64,000 nucleotides of DNA from Promethearchaeota archaeon (GTDB lineage Archaea; Asgardarchaeota; Lokiarchaeia; Sigyniarchaeales; SOKP01). The stretch lies in assembly GCA_019057795.1 (NCBI GenBank), contig JAHLWS010000024.1, positions 33,497 to 97,496 on the forward strand. The letters run 5' to 3'. The notes beneath the pieces are model-generated. The model was given only the letters and a program-made list of their open reading frames with translations, did not search any database and was not told where the DNA came from. The translations under genes were made by a program, and so were the position numbers. Shown in pieces: positions 61,161 to 64,000 of the stretch (position 1 is its first letter; every line of letters starts with the position of its first letter).

Positions 61161-62501
61161 ATGAAGAAAAAGAGAGTTGTTATAATAGGGGCATTAGGCT
61201 TCGATTTCCATTTATTTAACACCGTCTTCCGAGATAATGAAGAATACGAGGTAATAGCTTTTACTATTGCTGGAGAGCAGAATGTAGGAACAATTGATGG
61301 GGCGGAAAGAAAATATCCCGCTGAACTTGCCGGAAAGCTCTATCCTAAGGGTATCCCTATGGTATCAGAAGATAGTCTAGAAGATTTTGTAAGAAAATAC
61401 GAGATAGATGAGGTCGTTTTTGCGTATTCCGACGTTTCGCACGAGGAAGTTATGCATAAAGCATCTAGAGCACTAGCTGCGGGGGCTAACTATCGTTTAA
61501 TATCGGGAAAATTCACCCAAATTAAATCTAAGAGACCTGTTGTTGCTATATGTGCTGTTAGAACTGGATGCGGTAAAAGCCAAGTTTCCCGAGCAACTTA
61601 TAGGTATTTAATGAGTAAAGGTTATAAAGTTGTAGCAGTGAGAGAACCAATGCCTTATGGAGATTTAATAAAGCAAAATGTCATGCGTTTCGAGAAGTAC
61701 GAGGATTTAGATAAATACGAGTGCACGATCGAGGAACGGGAAGAATACGAACCTTACATTGAGCAGGGACTTGTGATTTATTCTGGAGTAGATTACGAAA
61801 AAATCGTTAGAGAAGCAGAAAAAGAAGCGGATGTAATCATATTTGACGGTGGAAATAACGAGCTATCGTTTTATGTTCCAGATTTACTTTTCATCGTAGT
61901 AGACCCATTGAGACCAGGACACGAAATGAAATATCATCCCGGTGAAGTAAATGCTCGATCAGCTGATGCATTTGTGATCAATAAAATGAATAACGCTAAA
62001 CCAGAAGACATTAAAATCGTTGAGGATAATTTAAACGAATTAAATCCTAACGCAACAAAAATATATACGAATTCAGTTGTTACCATAGAAGGTAATCCTG
62101 ATTTAAAGGGCAAAAGAGTAATTGTTGTAGAAGATGGGCCAACTTTAACTCATGGTAATATGTCGTATGGCGCGGGATTTGTTGCGGCAACCAATAGTGG
62201 AGCTATAATTATAGATCCAAAACCTTATGTAACGGGTACTATGAAAAAAGTATTTGAAGAATTTCCACAGATCACACAGATAGTTCCAGCTATGGGGTAC
62301 AACGACCAACAAATTAAAGACATGGAAGAAACACTAAATAAAGCCGAATGTGAACTCATAATTGATGGTAGCCCGATTGATCTTGAAAAATTAATTAATA
62401 GCAATAAACCTATTATTAGAGTTTCGTACGATATAGAAGCTGTTAAAAGCCCAACAATTGAAGAAACTCTAGACAAATTTATTGAGAAATTTTTAAAATA
62501 A
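61161..62501 (+). CDS. COG2403 P-loop protein (cDPG synthetase / arginine synthetase ArcE family)
   Basis: DFH.FN, AVRTGCGKS, PMPYG, TIEEREEYE, DGGNN, EDGPTLTHG. Confidence 0.8.
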   Translation: MKKKRVVIIGALGFDFHLFNTVFRDNEEYEVIAFTIAGEQNVGTIDGAERKYPAELAGKLYPKGIPMVSEDSLEDFVRKYEIDEVVFAYSDVSHEEVMHKASRALAAGANYRLISGKFTQIKSKRPVVAICAVRTGCGKSQVSRATYRYLMSKGYKVVAVREPMPYGDLIKQNVMRFEKYEDLDKYECTIEEREEYEPYIEQGLVIYSGVDYEKIVREAEKEADVIIFDGGNNELSFYVPDLLFIVVDPLRPGHEMKYHPGEVNARSADAFVINKMNNAKPEDIKIVEDNLNELNPNATKIYTNSVVTIEGNPDLKGKRVIVVEDGPTLTHGNMSYGAGFVAATNSGAIIIDPKPYVTGTMKKVFEEFPQITQIVPAMGYNDQQIKDMEETLNKAECELIIDGSPIDLEKLINSNKPIIRVSYDIEAVKSPTIEETLDKFIEKFLK

Positions 62502-62709
62502 TCATTTTTTATTTTTAAGAATTCTGAAGATATGGAATCACTTGAGATATTATACTTTATTTTCTCTAAAGTAAAGTTAGCAACACAAAATTCAAATGAT
62601 CTTGGAAATGTATGGCATGACAACAAAAGAATATCTGCAACACTCAACAAATTTATTATTACAAGGCATAGCTGGAGAAAAAAATATTGTTTAAAAAGAG
62701 GGAACAAAA

Positions 62710-63273
62710 ATGGAAAAAACCAAAATATTAATTGCGTATGGTACTCGTTATGGAGCGACAACTAGTACCGCAGAAGAAATTTCCAAAGTTCTTCAAGGCG
62801 AAGGATTTGAGGTAAGGGTTGTAAATCTCAAAGAAGAGAAGGTCAAGGATATCTCAAAATTTGAACTTGTTATAATTGGAAGTGGAATGAAAATGGAAAT
62901 GTGGACGAGTAAAGCTAAAGCATTTTTAAACAAGTTTAGCGGTGAGCTCAAGAAAAAGAAAGTGGCAATCTTCGTGTCTTCAGGAGCGCGGGCACTCATG
63001 GAATATAAAGGAGAACATGATGAAATTATTAGAATTACTAAAAAATATCTTGAAGATAAAGCTTCTAAATATGATTTGAATCCAATCTCGATGACTATGT
63101 TTGGAGGTATCTGGGATTATAATCAAATTGGTAAAATTTATAGAAAGTTCTTAAACGCAGAAAGAGAAAATTTCATCCCGGCAGGAATTAAAGAAACAGA
63201 GCCAGGAGTTTACGATTCAAGAAATTGGGATGAGATTCGTAAATGGGCTAAAGAGTTAGCTCAAATGATTTAA
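62710..63273 (+). CDS. Flavodoxin-domain (HemG-like) protein
   Basis: YGTRYGAT, DSRNWDEIRKWA. Confidence 0.85.
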   Translation: MEKTKILIAYGTRYGATTSTAEEISKVLQGEGFEVRVVNLKEEKVKDISKFELVIIGSGMKMEMWTSKAKAFLNKFSGELKKKKVAIFVSSGARALMEYKGEHDEIIRITKKYLEDKASKYDLNPISMTMFGGIWDYNQIGKIYRKFLNAERENFIPAGIKETEPGVYDSRNWDEIRKWAKELAQMI

Positions 63274-63363
63274 AATAAATCTATTCAGATTAAAAAAATT
63301 GTGTTAAAATTTCATGCAAAAACTTCTTTAAACTTTTAATATTAAATTAAAATGGTGAAAGAA

Positions 63364-64000
63364 ATGGAAAATAAAATGAAAGCGATTATATGCACGAAAT
63401 ACGGACCTCCGGATGTTCTTCAGCTCAAAGAGGTAGAAAAACCTGTTCCCAAGGACAATGAGGTATTGATAAGAATACATGCGACCACAGTAACAGCGGG
63501 GGACACTGAACTTCGAGATCTCAAATTCTCTTTCGGGTTACGTCTCCTCATGCGAATAGGATTTGGTTTCAGAGGACCAAGAAAAAAAATACTAGGACAA
63601 GAGTTAGCCGGGGAAATTGAAGCAGTAGGCAAAGATATAAAATTATTTAGGAAAGGTGACCATGTTTTTGGAACTACCGGGACGAGTTTTGGCGCTTATG
63701 CCGAGTACGTATGTCTGCCTGAAGAACGTAAGATGGGGGTGCTGGCAATAAAACCGGCCAATATGACTAATGAAGACGCCGCCGCCGTGCCTACTGGGGG
63801 ACTTGAGTCGTTGTATTATCTTAGAAAAGCAAACATCCAGAGTGGACAAAAAGTTCTTATCCGTGGAGCTTCTGGAACTATAGGTACTTTTGCGATACAG
63901 CTTGCCAAGTACTATGAGGCAGAAGTTACCGGGGTAGGCAATCCCACGAGCTTAGAATTGATGAAATCTCTGGGGGCCGATAAGGTAATTGATTACACTA
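63364..64000 (+). CDS. MDR-family NAD(P)H quinone oxidoreductase / alcohol dehydrogenase, partial
   Basis: Not in ORF track; [31 protein letters not shown]...GQELAG...GAYAEY...GASGTIG. Confidence 0.88.
   Translation, partial: MENKMKAIICTKYGPPDVLQLKEVEKPVPKDNEVLIRIHATTVTAGDTELRDLKFSFGLRLLMRIGFGFRGPRKKILGQELAGEIEAVGKDIKLFRKGDHVFGTTGTSFGAYAEYVCLPEERKMGVLAIKPANMTNEDAAAVPTGGLESLYYLRKANIQSGQKVLIRGASGTIGTFAIQLAKYYEAEVTGVGNPTSLELMKSLGADKVIDYT

Noticed and set aside
62532-62765. 77-aa plus-strand ORF
   Set aside because: No motif, and it overlaps the flavodoxin gene out of frame

Overview
AT-rich (roughly 30% GC by eye), gene-dense prokaryotic window. The gene content suggests an Asgard archaeon of the Lokiarchaeia type; this is inference, based on a UEV-JAMM fusion, a PCI-like protein, many CCG Fe-S, SCP2 and GPH-MFS paralogues, TATA-like promoters and poly-T 3' ends. 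The metabolic backbone has four parts: (1) two mirror-image FAD-oxidoreductase/CCG Fe-S pairs around an SCP2 gene; (2) an SCP2 + three 2-hydroxyacyl-CoA dehydratase-family + two Fe-S gene cluster with no activator in the window, interrupted by a beta-glucuronidase; (3) a dispersed TCA gene set (aconitase, fumarase, SucCD, ATP-citrate lyase AclBA, IDH); (4) hydroxyproline dehydratase HypD and an ArcE/COG2403-like ATPase. Interleaved are eight toxin-antitoxin modules (two decayed) and at least six short gene remnants, most missed by the ORF track. Five pairs of near-identical direct repeats (23 to ~900 bp) bracket 1.2-4.8 kb gene blocks, with no transposase or integrase in the window. Best leads: this repeat-bracketed gene turnover pattern, a TSG101-like UEV fused to an intact JAMM protease, a split Cwh43-like (GPI-remodelling) locus, and the SCP2-linked activator-less dehydratase cluster. 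No rRNA, tRNA or CRISPR array was seen. All family calls are by eye from motifs; no database search was run.
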